DNA of 64,000 bases from Desulfamplus sp. (GCA_015232455.1 JADFZQ010000018.1:318-64317), one strand, 5' to 3'. Counted from the first letter of the stretch, positions 29,775 through 39,895 are shown. The notes: generated from the letters alone by a model not told the origin. Numbers and translations: made by a program.

Positions 29775-31994
29775 CTAATCTCTATCCATCATAAATTCAT
29801 ATCTTCCATAATCTTGAATCTCAACTTGATAATTTCTATTTTCAAAACAGGAAAAAAATTGACGTGCTTCATTAAAGCTTTGAAGGCTGACAAAAATATC
29901 TACTCCATTTCCTAATGTTGATTCTTGTATTAAATGCAAAGTTACTGAAATGGGCATTGAGGCTATTATCTTAATAATATCAATAAGTTTTATTTTTGAT
30001 GTTGTAATTTTTAGACGAAATGCCAATGGAATCTTCCAAAGATAATCCATATCCCATGATACATCCATAATTTGCATTTTATTAAGTGCGTATTCTCGAT
30101 TGTTTTTATATTTCTCGCAATACTCTTTATGAAAAGATACACCATCTTTATTTAACAGTGCAAGACATGAGTCTAATCCAGGTAGTGGGTTACAGCATCT
30201 TGAAAATTTATGAACATCTCGTTCAATTTCTGAGATCGTTAACATAAATCTTTTGGGTTCTTCTTTTTTCCCCTTAATCTCCCATAAAACTTCTCTTGGC
30301 ATATCTATGGATTGCCCCACATTTGTAAAAAGCCTGTCAATATTTTCATATCCTTTGTATGTTAAAAAATGGGGCATTACACTGCTGTTTAAAAGTTCTT
30401 CTATAAAACCATGAGGCTCCATTGCCTGAGTCATAATGCTTTTGCCAATATCTCTTGCAAAGCTGTCTCGTTTTTTTTGGAGTTGTCTATTTACAGCACT
30501 TCTTGCCTTTGGAGTCTTACATCTGCCTTCCATATCTGCACCTATATCAATTGGCTCACTTGATGTTATAATCTCAATTATATCACCATCTTTTAATATA
30601 TGACCTCTATTAACTATTTTGTTGTTTACTTTTGCATAATCACATCTATCTCCGAGCCAGCTATGAACTTTATATGCAAAGTCAAGAACAATGCTTCCTG
30701 TTGGAAGATATTGTATATCTCCTTTAGGTGTAACAACAAATATTTTATCATCTTCAGTCAACTGGCGGATCATATTTTTTCTATTTGCTGGATTTCCCTG
30801 ATACTCTCCTATATTTTTTAAAATATCGGTAATCGCTTTTCTGTATTCCATTGTATTTTCAGGTTCATTCCAATGTAAAAGCAATCCTTTACGGGCAACA
30901 CGCTCCATCTCTGTTGTTCTAATTTTTATAAGATACCTTCGCTCTTTATGTAGGATTCTAAAATGGAGGCTACGATAGCCACTTATCTTTGGGTTTGCAA
31001 TATAGTCTCGTATAGTTTTAGGTACAAGAGAGCAGACTCTGTTTATCATACCCATAGCTGTATAGCAGTGTAAAATATCTTTTGTATCCATTATTACTGT
31101 GAAATCAACTAAATTTTCAGCATTTGCAATATCAAGTGTCCCTTTGTCAAATGAGTAGAAAGCATAAAGGTTTTTTAGACGTGATGAGACTTGAATATTA
31201 AAATTAAAAATTGGTGACCCAATGCTATTTTCACAAGCTAAAGGAGATTTTGATGAGACTTTCAAGGCTCTTTCAAGCATCTCTTTAACCTCACTTATTT
31301 TTCCAGAGGTCTCTTCACTTCTCAAGATAGAGAGCAACTTCTTACTTTTACTTGGAAAACGCTGTCTTATGGAGAGATCAAATAAAATGCGTTTTAAAGA
31401 GAAGAGTCCAAGTTTTTCAGCAAGTGGACCATAAACTTCAATAGTCTCCTGTGCAATACGTTGACGCTTATACTCTTTAAGTGAACCTATAGTTTGGAGG
31501 TTATGAATCCTATCTGCAAATTTTATAAGGAGAATCTCAGGGTGATCGCTTGCCATCAAAATGAGCTTTTGGTAGGTCATGTCTTTATTTAGATTCTGGT
31601 CAAGACTCATCATCTTTAATTTTGTGCACCCATCTACAAAGGCAGCTACATTTTTCCCAAACTCTTTTTCAATATTAAATGTTGTCAAGAAACTTACATC
31701 TTCCACAATATCATGAAGAATAGTTGCAGCAATAAGCTCAGGGTCTTTTAATTCAAGTATTCCAGCAATGATCTCTGCAACTGCAATTGGATGGTTTATA
31801 TATGGCTCTCCTGATTTACGAGTTTGGCCCTGATGGTGCTTAAAGGCAAATACAAGAGCATCAAAAACAATATTCCTTTTACCATGAGTAAGGTCAGCTT
31901 CCTTAGAGCATAGTTCAATAACATGCTTATACTTTTCTAATGGAATAACCTGACTAATCTCCTCAATAAATTGTTCTCTTTTGTTCACAACCAC
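29775..31994 (-). CDS. Long RelA/SpoT homologue (HD hydrolase intact, synthetase degenerate, TGS, ZFD)
   Basis: HHQGQTRKSGEPYINHP, LHDIVED, KFADRIHN, TGS (TPKGD...DFAYKVH) and RCCNPLPG. Confidence 0.88.
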   Translation of the reverse strand: MVVNKREQFIEEISQVIPLEKYKHVIELCSKEADLTHGKRNIVFDALVFAFKHHQGQTRKSGEPYINHPIAVAEIIAGILELKDPELIAATILHDIVEDVSFLTTFNIEKEFGKNVAAFVDGCTKLKMMSLDQNLNKDMTYQKLILMASDHPEILLIKFADRIHNLQTIGSLKEYKRQRIAQETIEVYGPLAEKLGLFSLKRILFDLSIRQRFPSKSKKLLSILRSEETSGKISEVKEMLERALKVSSKSPLACENSIGSPIFNFNIQVSSRLKNLYAFYSFDKGTLDIANAENLVDFTVIMDTKDILHCYTAMGMINRVCSLVPKTIRDYIANPKISGYRSLHFRILHKERRYLIKIRTTEMERVARKGLLLHWNEPENTMEYRKAITDILKNIGEYQGNPANRKNMIRQLTEDDKIFVVTPKGDIQYLPTGSIVLDFAYKVHSWLGDRCDYAKVNNKIVNRGHILKDGDIIEIITSSEPIDIGADMEGRCKTPKARSAVNRQLQKKRDSFARDIGKSIMTQAMEPHGFIEELLNSSVMPHFLTYKGYENIDRLFTNVGQSIDMPREVLWEIKGKKEEPKRFMLTISEIERDVHKFSRCCNPLPGLDSCLALLNKDGVSFHKEYCEKYKNNREYALNKMQIMDVSWDMDYLWKIPLAFRLKITTSKIKLIDIIKIIASMPISVTLHLIQESTLGNGVDIFVSLQSFNEARQFFSCFENRNYQVEIQDYGRYEFMMDRD

Positions 31995-32081
31995 CTCCCT
32001 TAAATTTTAAATTCTCTCTTCTATTGAATCTATGGTTATTACAATTGCAATACAATTATAATAAAAGTAATTTTATAAAAC

Positions 32082-33422
32082 TCAAAAAGTTTTTGATATT
32101 CCAGCCCTTTTCATCTTATAACGCAACACTCTCTCACTTATTCCTAAAACTTGAGCCGCCTTTGTCTGAATCCAATCAGTTTTCTCAAGAGCAGATTTTA
32201 TCATTTGGCTCTCAATCGCCATCAATCTATGTTCAAGTGAGCCATCTTGATCAGAACCAACTGTTTCGTAGTTACGTATCTCATCAGGAAGATCAGAAGG
32301 ATATATAACTGTTGTTCGTGTAAAGGTAACTGTTCGCTGCACAATATGTTCAAGTTCTCTTACATTTCCGGGAAAAGGGTATTTTATAAGTGTGTTGATT
32401 GCATCAGAAGAGAATGAAAGCCTATTTTTGCTGTATTTTTCTAAAAAGTAGTTAAGAAGTATGGGAATATCAATCTTTCTATGTCTTAAAGGAGGAATAG
32501 TTATCTCAAGAACCTTAATTCTGTAGTATAAATCTTCTCTAAACTCTCCTTGTTCAACCATAAGTTTTAAATCTCTGTTTGTAGCTGAAATGAGCCTCAC
32601 ATCAACCTTAAAGTCAGTTTCTCCTCCCACTTTTCTGATTTTTTGCTCTTGTATAGCCCTTAAAAGTTTTGGTTGAAGAGTAATTGGCATCTCACCAATT
32701 TCGTCCATAAATAGAGTCCCTTTATTTGCCATCTCAAACGCTCCTTTACGGTTATTTATAGCACCCGTAAAAGAGCCTTTTACATGACCAAAAAGTTCGC
32801 TTTCAAAGAGATTTTCAGGAATAGCAGCACAGTTAATATCAACAAACGGTTCGTTGTCTCTTATGCTTGTAAGGTGAATGAGCTTTGAGATTAACTCTTT
32901 TCCTGTTCCAGTCTCTCCAGATACCAAAACAGGAAAAGAGCTTTGTGAAACTCTTGAGACTAGTGACAATACCTCTTTCATGGCATCGCTTTGTGCAACT
33001 ATCTTTAATGGAAGTTTTCTCTCAGCCACGCTATTTTGAATATCACAAACATCTTGATCGCGGCATGTTTTAAGTTCAATCTCCTGAATTTTTGTAAGTA
33101 GGATCGATAGATCAACAGGTTTTTCGAGAAACTCAACAGCTCCAAGTTTCATAGTTTTAATAACAGTTGAGAGATCACCGTAAGCTGTAATCATAATCAC
33201 ATTAACTAATGGATTAAGTTGTTTCATCTTTTCAAGAAGCTCATCACCACTCATACCGGGCATTCGGTTATCAAGAAGGGCAAGTTGTATTGGCTCACGT
33301 TGAAAAATTTTCAAAGCATCTTGACCATTCGCAGCTATAAAAGCCGTATATCCTTGATTTTCAAGAAAACCTTGAAGCATCTCTCTCTGAGTTTGGTCAT
33401 CATCAACAATCAGAATTAACAT
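32082..33422 (-). CDS. Sigma-54-dependent response regulator (NtrC family; REC-AAA+-HTH)
   Basis: LIVDDD, GETGTGKE, ELFGHVKGSFTGA, LFMDEIGE, FREDLYYR, FPGNVREL and a C-terminal HTH. ATG 33422 follows GGAG; the track start at 33512 looks over-extended. Confidence 0.95.
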   Translation of the reverse strand: MLILIVDDDQTQREMLQGFLENQGYTAFIAANGQDALKIFQREPIQLALLDNRMPGMSGDELLEKMKQLNPLVNVIMITAYGDLSTVIKTMKLGAVEFLEKPVDLSILLTKIQEIELKTCRDQDVCDIQNSVAERKLPLKIVAQSDAMKEVLSLVSRVSQSSFPVLVSGETGTGKELISKLIHLTSIRDNEPFVDINCAAIPENLFESELFGHVKGSFTGAINNRKGAFEMANKGTLFMDEIGEMPITLQPKLLRAIQEQKIRKVGGETDFKVDVRLISATNRDLKLMVEQGEFREDLYYRIKVLEITIPPLRHRKIDIPILLNYFLEKYSKNRLSFSSDAINTLIKYPFPGNVRELEHIVQRTVTFTRTTVIYPSDLPDEIRNYETVGSDQDGSLEHRLMAIESQMIKSALEKTDWIQTKAAQVLGISERVLRYKMKRAGISKTF

Positions 33423-33505
33423 CAAAGCTCCTATTTTCCATTCTTTGAGTAAAAAAAGGCATATAACCAAATTATCAAATTTGATTATATGCCCTTTAAA
33501 ATTAT

Positions 33506-33522
33506 TTGGCAATCAGCTTGCT
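33506..33522 (+). promoter_or_regulatory. Candidate sigma-54 promoter motif, divergent from the activator gene
   Basis: TTGGCAATCAGCTTGCT with GG-N10-GC spacing. Confidence 0.4.
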
Positions 33523-33547
33523 TTAGTTGAAATCATATAAGTATCTC

Positions 33548-34528
33548 TCACATAGGTAGCCAGATTCCAACCCCTTTTTCTACAGCTTTTTTGAAAACAA
33601 GGGGAGCTACCGCCATATCTTCCATAGCAAGACCAAGGTTTGCTGCAAAATTTTTCTCTTTATCACTCTCACGACCAACTTTTTTACCTGTTACAAGTTC
33701 ACCAAGCTCAGCATAGATTTTGGGACAATTTTGAAAGTAGCCAACCTTATCTTTGTAGTGGTTATATTGGTCAATGTTGTCAGTTGTCCATTTTGAGGCT
33801 TCATTTAAAGCATCTCTTGAGAAATATGAGTCAAAATCAACACAAGAGATAAACGTTCCTTCATCAATCCAGCCAGATTTAATTGTTTCATGTGGTATTT
33901 TTAAAATAGGTCCTGATGTAACTACAATATCGCTCCCTGTAACCGCCATTTTTGGCTCTTCAACAATTTCTGTTTCAAGTCCAAGTTTTTTTGAAGCATA
34001 TTCTGCAAATTTTTCTCTATTCTCTTTGCTTGGGTCAAAAGCCTTAACTTTTTTTAACGGAAATAATACACTCATTGCCTCAAGATTTGTGTGTCCTTGA
34101 AAACCGCAGGCAAGGATACCGATTGTGGAGGAGTTTTTTCTTGCAAGGTACTTTGCAGAGACAGCAGACGCAGCAGCAGTTCTCATTCCAGTTATCCATG
34201 CACAATCCATAATAGATAGTGGAATGCCTGTCTCTGTATCGTTTAGAACTAAAAGCCCCATTATATATGGAAGCCCTTTTTGCTGATTTCCCGGGTAGCC
34301 GCTAACCCATTTAATACCAGCCGATTTCATTGCTGGAATATATGCTGGCATAGCGTGAATAAAGTTATCTTCCCCTAAACCTGGGTGGATTCCGGGTTTA
34401 GGGGGCATCTCTACATTGCCATTACCCATCTCGATAAATCCTTGTTCAACAGCCTCTATTGTTTCTGCCATTGAAAGCCCAACATTTTTAACATCTTCTC
34501 GACTCAAATAAAGAATTTTGTGATTCAT
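33548..34528 (-). CDS. Ornithine cyclodeaminase/mu-crystallin family protein
   Basis: HAMPAY, GIKWVSGYPGN, ITGMRTAAASAV and GLAMED. Confidence 0.92.
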   Translation of the reverse strand: MNHKILYLSREDVKNVGLSMAETIEAVEQGFIEMGNGNVEMPPKPGIHPGLGEDNFIHAMPAYIPAMKSAGIKWVSGYPGNQQKGLPYIMGLLVLNDTETGIPLSIMDCAWITGMRTAAASAVSAKYLARKNSSTIGILACGFQGHTNLEAMSVLFPLKKVKAFDPSKENREKFAEYASKKLGLETEIVEEPKMAVTGSDIVVTSGPILKIPHETIKSGWIDEGTFISCVDFDSYFSRDALNEASKWTTDNIDQYNHYKDKVGYFQNCPKIYAELGELVTGKKVGRESDKEKNFAANLGLAMEDMAVAPLVFKKAVEKGVGIWLPM

Positions 34529-34767
34529 TTTTTTACTCTCCTTATCAATTATGTTCCTCTTGTAGATATAATAAGCAATATTATAAGGTTAATATAGATG
34601 AAATGTTTAAAAACATTAGAGATTTAATTGGGTCAGATAAGAGCCTGAATACTTAAAAAGACTCTTAAGATGGAGAGCTTATTGCTTTGGTGGATAGAGG
34701 CTGTTAATAAAGTGAGCGTAAAGAAAATTTATTCACAATGTTAGTATCTGTTGAATATGGCTGTATT

Positions 34768-34801
34768 AGATTTGACAACTCTTAATGAAGTTGTCAAATC
34801 T
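34768..34801. repeat. AGATTTGACAACT-hairpin repeat, copy 2
   Basis: AGATTTGACAACT-CTTAATGA-AGTTGTCAAATCT, 25 nt past the stop of the 103-aa gene. Confidence 0.75.
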
Positions 34802-34825
34802 CTGTGAACTATACATTTCAACGCT

Positions 34826-35137
34826 TTACTCAATAGTTTGGACACTTGTTGCATCAATAGTTTGGACATCACCCTCTTCAGTAACCATACCAATTACATT
34901 AACCATCTTATCGTCAAAGCCCTGAACCTGATCACATGGAATTATGTATATATTCTCTTTTGCAATAATACCACATACATCTTCAGCTTTAACTACAGTC
35001 CCCTTAACTATAATCTCTTGAATTTGATTATCTCTATTTACAACTTTATCAGCCTCAACTATTGGTTTGAACGAAAGCATCATAGTTAGAGCAGCAAGAG
35101 TTAAACCAACTGTTTTTGTAATCTTGGTTATTTTCAT
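34826..35137 (-). CDS. Small secreted hypothetical protein (OB-fold-like)
   Basis: GGGAG RBS, signal peptide ending VEA, and a short beta-rich mature part with two Cys. Confidence 0.7.
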   Translation of the reverse strand: MKITKITKTVGLTLAALTMMLSFKPIVEADKVVNRDNQIQEIIVKGTVVKAEDVCGIIAKENIYIIPCDQVQGFDDKMVNVIGMVTEEGDVQTIDATSVQTIE

Positions 35138-35274
35138 ACTGTTATCTCCCTGTATAAAATTTCTTCTATTTTATCAAGTTTTTATAAGTTATAGGCAAAT
35201 TATCCTTTGTCTATACAATTTGACTTTTAAATTTATGCCTATTATGGCATTAACATTATAGAAACTTAAATATT

Positions 35275-35291
35275 AGCAATAGATATGCCAA
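35275..35291 (-). promoter_or_regulatory. Candidate sigma-54 promoter for the 103-aa secreted protein
   Basis: Minus strand TTGGCATATCTATTGCT, GG-N10-GC, about 130 nt upstream of the ATG. Confidence 0.6.
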
Positions 35292-35449
35292 CTCTATAAT
35301 TCATAGAAAAGAGAAGGTTAACAACATCATACAGTTAGAGATTACAATATATCTCTCATAGATACCCTTTAAAGTCTTGTTAAACAATCAAGTAAAATTA
35401 CAAATTTTTCACATCAATGCACGGATTTTACCCAAATCAATATTTGAAC

Positions 35450-35511
35450 TCCTGCAAACCCATTTTCTATCCAGTAAACCAAGGGATTAATTCAAATTTG
35501 CAGGAAATCTA
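35450..35511. repeat. About 62 bp dispersed repeat with terminal inverted repeat TCCTGCAAA/TTTGCAGGA, copy 2
   Basis: Similar to 8471-8535; ends 3 nt from the helicase stop codon. Confidence 0.7.
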
Positions 35512-35514
35512 TTG

Positions 35515-37512
35515 TCAACTAAGACAATCCTCAATTTGGTTAATAAACCTGCTTTTCATACAATATTGCCCTTTTCTGTAACCTGTATAAGAGAGATAAA
35601 GTCGCTTTTCAGCCCTTGTCATTGCGACATACATAAGGCGTCTTTCCTCTTGAATAGCTTTATCTCCCAAATCAATTGAACGCCAGTGTGGAAATAGCTG
35701 CTCTTCACAACCAACAACAAACACAGTATCAAACTCAAGACCTTTTGCAGAGTGAATAGTCAAAAGAGCAACTCCATTCTCTTTATCATCTGAATCATCT
35801 CTATCTTCTCTTATCAAAGCTGCCTCTTCAAGATACTCAAGGATAGTGGATTTTTCTTGAGCAGTATGCCACAACTGTTCTAAGTTCTCTTTTTTAGATA
35901 TAAATTCATCTTCAGTTTTTACCTGCTGCCTTAAATATTCGTAGTAATTTGTCTTCTGAATAACTACATCAATAGCTTTTGCTGGTGATAGTTCTCGAAT
36001 TTCATCAAGTATGGCAAGAAGATCAGATAGCTTTTCATGGATTTTTTTGGAAAGAATCCTCTCTTTTATCATCAATCTTGCACAATCTTGAAGGGTTGCA
36101 CCATGTGAGATAATATTCCCGTTAGTCTCTATTTTGTAACCGTTTTTTTTGTCTGCCTCTACCTTATGACTGTTTTCAGCAGAGGCAACATGTTTAAGAT
36201 CGCCTATCTTCTTTACCATTGCTGGACCAATGCCTCTTTTGGGTGTATTGATAATTCTATCAAAAGAGACATCATCTCGTGGAAATACGGCTGCTGCAAG
36301 ATAGGCATTAATATCCATAATCTCCATACGCTCAAAAAAACCCTGTGAACCCATAAGTCTATATGGAATTTTGAACATACGAAAATTTTTCTCAAATGGA
36401 AGAGAGCAAAATTTTGTTCTATAAACCACTGCCATCTTATCAAATGAGATGCCATCTCCTCTCTGATTTAGTGCTTTGATTCTGCTTGTAATCCATTGGG
36501 CTTCGTCAGAATCTGAATAAAAAGAGTGTATCTCGACTACACCACCTTTTTTTGTTGAAAAACATTTTTTATCCATTTTGTCTTTGTTAAAATCAATTAG
36601 CCCATTTGCAGTTTGAACAATCTCATTTGCAGATCGGTAATTTTGCTCAAGTCGAAAAATTTTAGCATTGTTATATCTTTTTGAAAATTCAAGAAAATGG
36701 TCAACATTGCTACCACGAAATCCATAAACTGCCTGCCAATCATCACCTACACAAAATAGGTTGCCATGATCTCCAAGAAGCAGGCGTGTAAGCTCATCTT
36801 GAAGATTATTGGTATCTTGATACTCGTCAACCAAAATATGGGTAAAATAGTTACGGTAATAATCTCTGACCTTTATGTTATCACGCAAAATATCTCTTGT
36901 TTTAAGAAGGATGTTGTCAAAATCAACACTATTTGCAGCCATTAGCTTATCTTCATACTTTTTAAAAAGATCATAGACCTTAACTGGTATGCCTGTCATT
37001 CTGGGTTTTTCATCAAAATAGCGTTCAGGATTTCCTGAATTTTTTGCCCGTGAGATTACAGATAGAAGATTTGAGGCATGTTTTTTGTCAAGATTGTTAT
37101 TGACCAATATCTCTGTTGTTATTTTTTTTTGATGATAAAGTGAGCATATTTGTATAGGGTGGGAATATCCCAAAAGCTCACAATGTTTTTTCAATATGAT
37201 AAGGCAAGCAGAGTGGTAGGTTCTAACCCAAGGGAACTCTTCATATCCTTTTCCTGTAAGGCTATATAAACGGCTTTTCATCTCATCTGCTGCTTTATTT
37301 GTAAATGTTATTGCAAGAACTCTTTTTGACGAAGCAATTGAGGCGTTAGGAGAGTTTATAATATCAACTATTTTGGCTGTAAGAGTTCTGGTTTTTCCTG
37401 AGCCAGCCCCTGCAACAACCAATGCTGGTGAGCCGTAGTGATCTATAGCTTTTTTTTGCTCTTTAGACAGCTCTATCTGTGTTGGTTTTGACTTACCTGT
37501 TTGTGATTCCAA
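35515..37512 (-). CDS. UvrD/PcrA/Rep family ATP-dependent DNA helicase
   Basis: AGAGSGKT, TFTNKAA, LVDEYQDTN, VGDDWQAVYGFRG, LEQNYRS, TIHSAKGLEF and EERRLMYVAMTRA. Confidence 0.95.
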   Translation of the reverse strand: MESQTGKSKPTQIELSKEQKKAIDHYGSPALVVAGAGSGKTRTLTAKIVDIINSPNASIASSKRVLAITFTNKAADEMKSRLYSLTGKGYEEFPWVRTYHSACLIILKKHCELLGYSHPIQICSLYHQKKITTEILVNNNLDKKHASNLLSVISRAKNSGNPERYFDEKPRMTGIPVKVYDLFKKYEDKLMAANSVDFDNILLKTRDILRDNIKVRDYYRNYFTHILVDEYQDTNNLQDELTRLLLGDHGNLFCVGDDWQAVYGFRGSNVDHFLEFSKRYNNAKIFRLEQNYRSANEIVQTANGLIDFNKDKMDKKCFSTKKGGVVEIHSFYSDSDEAQWITSRIKALNQRGDGISFDKMAVVYRTKFCSLPFEKNFRMFKIPYRLMGSQGFFERMEIMDINAYLAAAVFPRDDVSFDRIINTPKRGIGPAMVKKIGDLKHVASAENSHKVEADKKNGYKIETNGNIISHGATLQDCARLMIKERILSKKIHEKLSDLLAILDEIRELSPAKAIDVVIQKTNYYEYLRQQVKTEDEFISKKENLEQLWHTAQEKSTILEYLEEAALIREDRDDSDDKENGVALLTIHSAKGLEFDTVFVVGCEEQLFPHWRSIDLGDKAIQEERRLMYVAMTRAEKRLYLSYTGYRKGQYCMKSRFINQIEDCLS

Positions 37513-37690
37513 TTTTATCTATATCCGTTAATTATTGTTTATGTAATTTTATAAAAATGATGTAAAACCACCTACTAAGTGTAGTAGGTAGTTCGCAATT
37601 AACCATTTAAACTTAAATGGTGCTTGACTGATAAGAGTCCTTACAATATATAAATTTGCACTTTGATTCCACCATTAAATTGAGGATGCT

Positions 37691-39850
37691 ATGAATCTTT
37701 TTTTTCTATCTCTCTTTACGATATTTGCAGGAGGGGTTTTCCCTATTTTCCTAAAGCGTAATTTTTCAAGTATGAAACTATTAGCAGTTACTGCCATAGC
37801 TGTAGGTTCAACTATCGGTTTTGCAGATGCTGTTTTAAAAATTGTAAGTGAAAATATTGCTGTTTATTCATTGTCTTCATCGCATTTTTATCCCAGTTCT
37901 ATAAATCTTCTTTCCTTAAATAGTATTAAATCTCTTAATTTATCATTTCAAATAGACACTTTATCAGCTTTTTTTCTGGTTATTATTTTCAGCATTGCTT
38001 TAATGGCTTCTATTTATAGCTTTCACTACATGGACAAATCAGAAAAAGCACTTGCTATAGCTGTAAATTACCTTTTTTTCAGCTTACTTATAATCTCAAT
38101 GGCTCTTGTTGTAACTGCATCAAATATGATTACCTTTATGCTTTCATGGGAGATGATGTCTCTTACTTCATTCTTTTTAGTGATATACAATTATAAATCA
38201 AATGATAACAGACGTGCTGGGTATCTATATTTTGTATTTTCTCATGTAGGTGCAATGTTTATTCTATCAGCTTTTGGGCTTTTATATGCTTTTACAGGCG
38301 ATTTTAATTTAATTCCAATGGTATCAAAAACAGCTGATTTAACTTCATCGCTTGCATCAACATCACTTGAATTAACAAATTCTTCTATTTGTTCTTTGGC
38401 TTCCTTATCAAATAATCAGAAAATACTAATCTTTATACTTGCTTTTATTGGATTTGGCTCAAAAGCTGGAGTTTTTCCATTTCATGTATGGCTTCCCCAC
38501 GCACACCCAGCAGCCCCCAGCCATATATCAGCACTCATGTCTGGAGTTATGATTAAAATGGGTATTTATGGCATTATCAGAATATATTTGTTGTTGCACT
38601 CTTCTTTAGACAACTTAACTGAACTTAGCATTAACTCTCAACTTGCTGCAAATCACCACCTTATAGGAAGCATAGTTATTTTGGCTGGGGTCATATCTGG
38701 AATACTTGGTGTTATTTATGCTTTAGGTCAGCATGATATAAAACGTCTCTTAGCATACCACAGCGTCGAAAATATCGGCATTATTCTTATTGGCATTGGT
38801 ATTGGTATGGTTGGTATTTCATCAAACAATCCTTTAATGGCTGCTTTAGGTTTTACAGGCGGACTTCTCCATGTTTTAAACCACGCAATTTTTAAGTCTC
38901 TTCTTTTTATGGGAGCTGGAATGGTTTTACATAAAACAGGTTCACGCTCAATTGATGCACTTGGCGGGCTTCTTAAAAATATGAAAATAACAGGCTCAAC
39001 TTTTCTTATAGGGTCTCTTGCTATTTCAGGACTTCCTCCATTTAACGGTTTTGTAAGTGAATTTTTTATCTATATGGGGGCTTTTCAAGGTATTTTTAGT
39101 GGTAAAATGACATTTGCTATTGGCAAATTTAACACAGAAACTCTTGCTATTATCAGCCTTGCCATTATCGGCGGTCTTGCTTTAGCCTGTTTCACAAAGG
39201 TTGTTGGAGTTGTCTTTCAAGGAGAGCCAAGAACTCATGCTGCTGAAAATGTTAATGAAAAAGGGATATTTATGCTCTTGCCGATGATAATTCTTGCTGG
39301 TTTCTGCATTGCTATTGGTATTTTTCCTGAAATTCCTGTTTTAATGACTGTAAAAGCACTTAATTCTATACCTATGTTAGAAATTTCAAAAAAGGCTTTG
39401 TCCTCTAATTCAGAAGTAATGGCTGATATTGCAGGCAAAATTTCTGGTGCAGCATTACTGTTTATTGCAATAACTCTTTTTATTATAATGATTCGTAATG
39501 GTTTATATAAAAATAAAGCTGTTACAAGGTCAACTACATGGGGGTGTGGATTTACAAAACCTACAGTTAAAATGCAATACACAGGGACATCTTATGCAGC
39601 TTCAATTGTTGATTTTTTCAAACCTTTTGCCCCTTTGCATGAAGATCAGCTGCCTGTAAAGGGCAGAATGGCTGGAAAATCTCATTACTACAGCCGTATA
39701 AATGACATTGCTGAACTTTATATGGATAGCGTAACTCTAAAGCCCGTAGTATTTTTGTTTGATAAGCTCCACTGGATTCAAAATGGAGAGATTCATCTCT
39801 ATATTGGGTATATACTTCTTGCTATAGTTGTGGCGATGTTTTTTGTTTAA
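37691..39850 (+). CDS. hyfB: Ehr/hydrogenase-4-type antiporter-like membrane subunit (HyfB-like)
   Basis: SWEMMS, GSKAGVFPFHVWLPHAHPAAPS, KRLLAYHSVENIG, TWGCG and MQYT. Confidence 0.9.
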   Translation: MNLFFLSLFTIFAGGVFPIFLKRNFSSMKLLAVTAIAVGSTIGFADAVLKIVSENIAVYSLSSSHFYPSSINLLSLNSIKSLNLSFQIDTLSAFFLVIIFSIALMASIYSFHYMDKSEKALAIAVNYLFFSLLIISMALVVTASNMITFMLSWEMMSLTSFFLVIYNYKSNDNRRAGYLYFVFSHVGAMFILSAFGLLYAFTGDFNLIPMVSKTADLTSSLASTSLELTNSSICSLASLSNNQKILIFILAFIGFGSKAGVFPFHVWLPHAHPAAPSHISALMSGVMIKMGIYGIIRIYLLLHSSLDNLTELSINSQLAANHHLIGSIVILAGVISGILGVIYALGQHDIKRLLAYHSVENIGIILIGIGIGMVGISSNNPLMAALGFTGGLLHVLNHAIFKSLLFMGAGMVLHKTGSRSIDALGGLLKNMKITGSTFLIGSLAISGLPPFNGFVSEFFIYMGAFQGIFSGKMTFAIGKFNTETLAIISLAIIGGLALACFTKVVGVVFQGEPRTHAAENVNEKGIFMLLPMIILAGFCIAIGIFPEIPVLMTVKALNSIPMLEISKKALSSNSEVMADIAGKISGAALLFIAITLFIIMIRNGLYKNKAVTRSTTWGCGFTKPTVKMQYTGTSYAASIVDFFKPFAPLHEDQLPVKGRMAGKSHYYSRINDIAELYMDSVTLKPVVFLFDKLHWIQNGEIHLYIGYILLAIVVAMFFV

Positions 39851-39895
39851 ACGGAAAGTAAAAAATATTTTATCAGATAAAATTGGAGATTTGAT

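Noticed and set aside
33423-33512. N-terminal extension of the NtrC-type regulator
   Set aside because: The REC domain and a GGAG RBS define the start at 33422.
34590-34765. Possible decayed gene fragment between the cyclodeaminase and the 103-aa gene
   Set aside because: Short frames interrupted by stops, with no family I can recognise.
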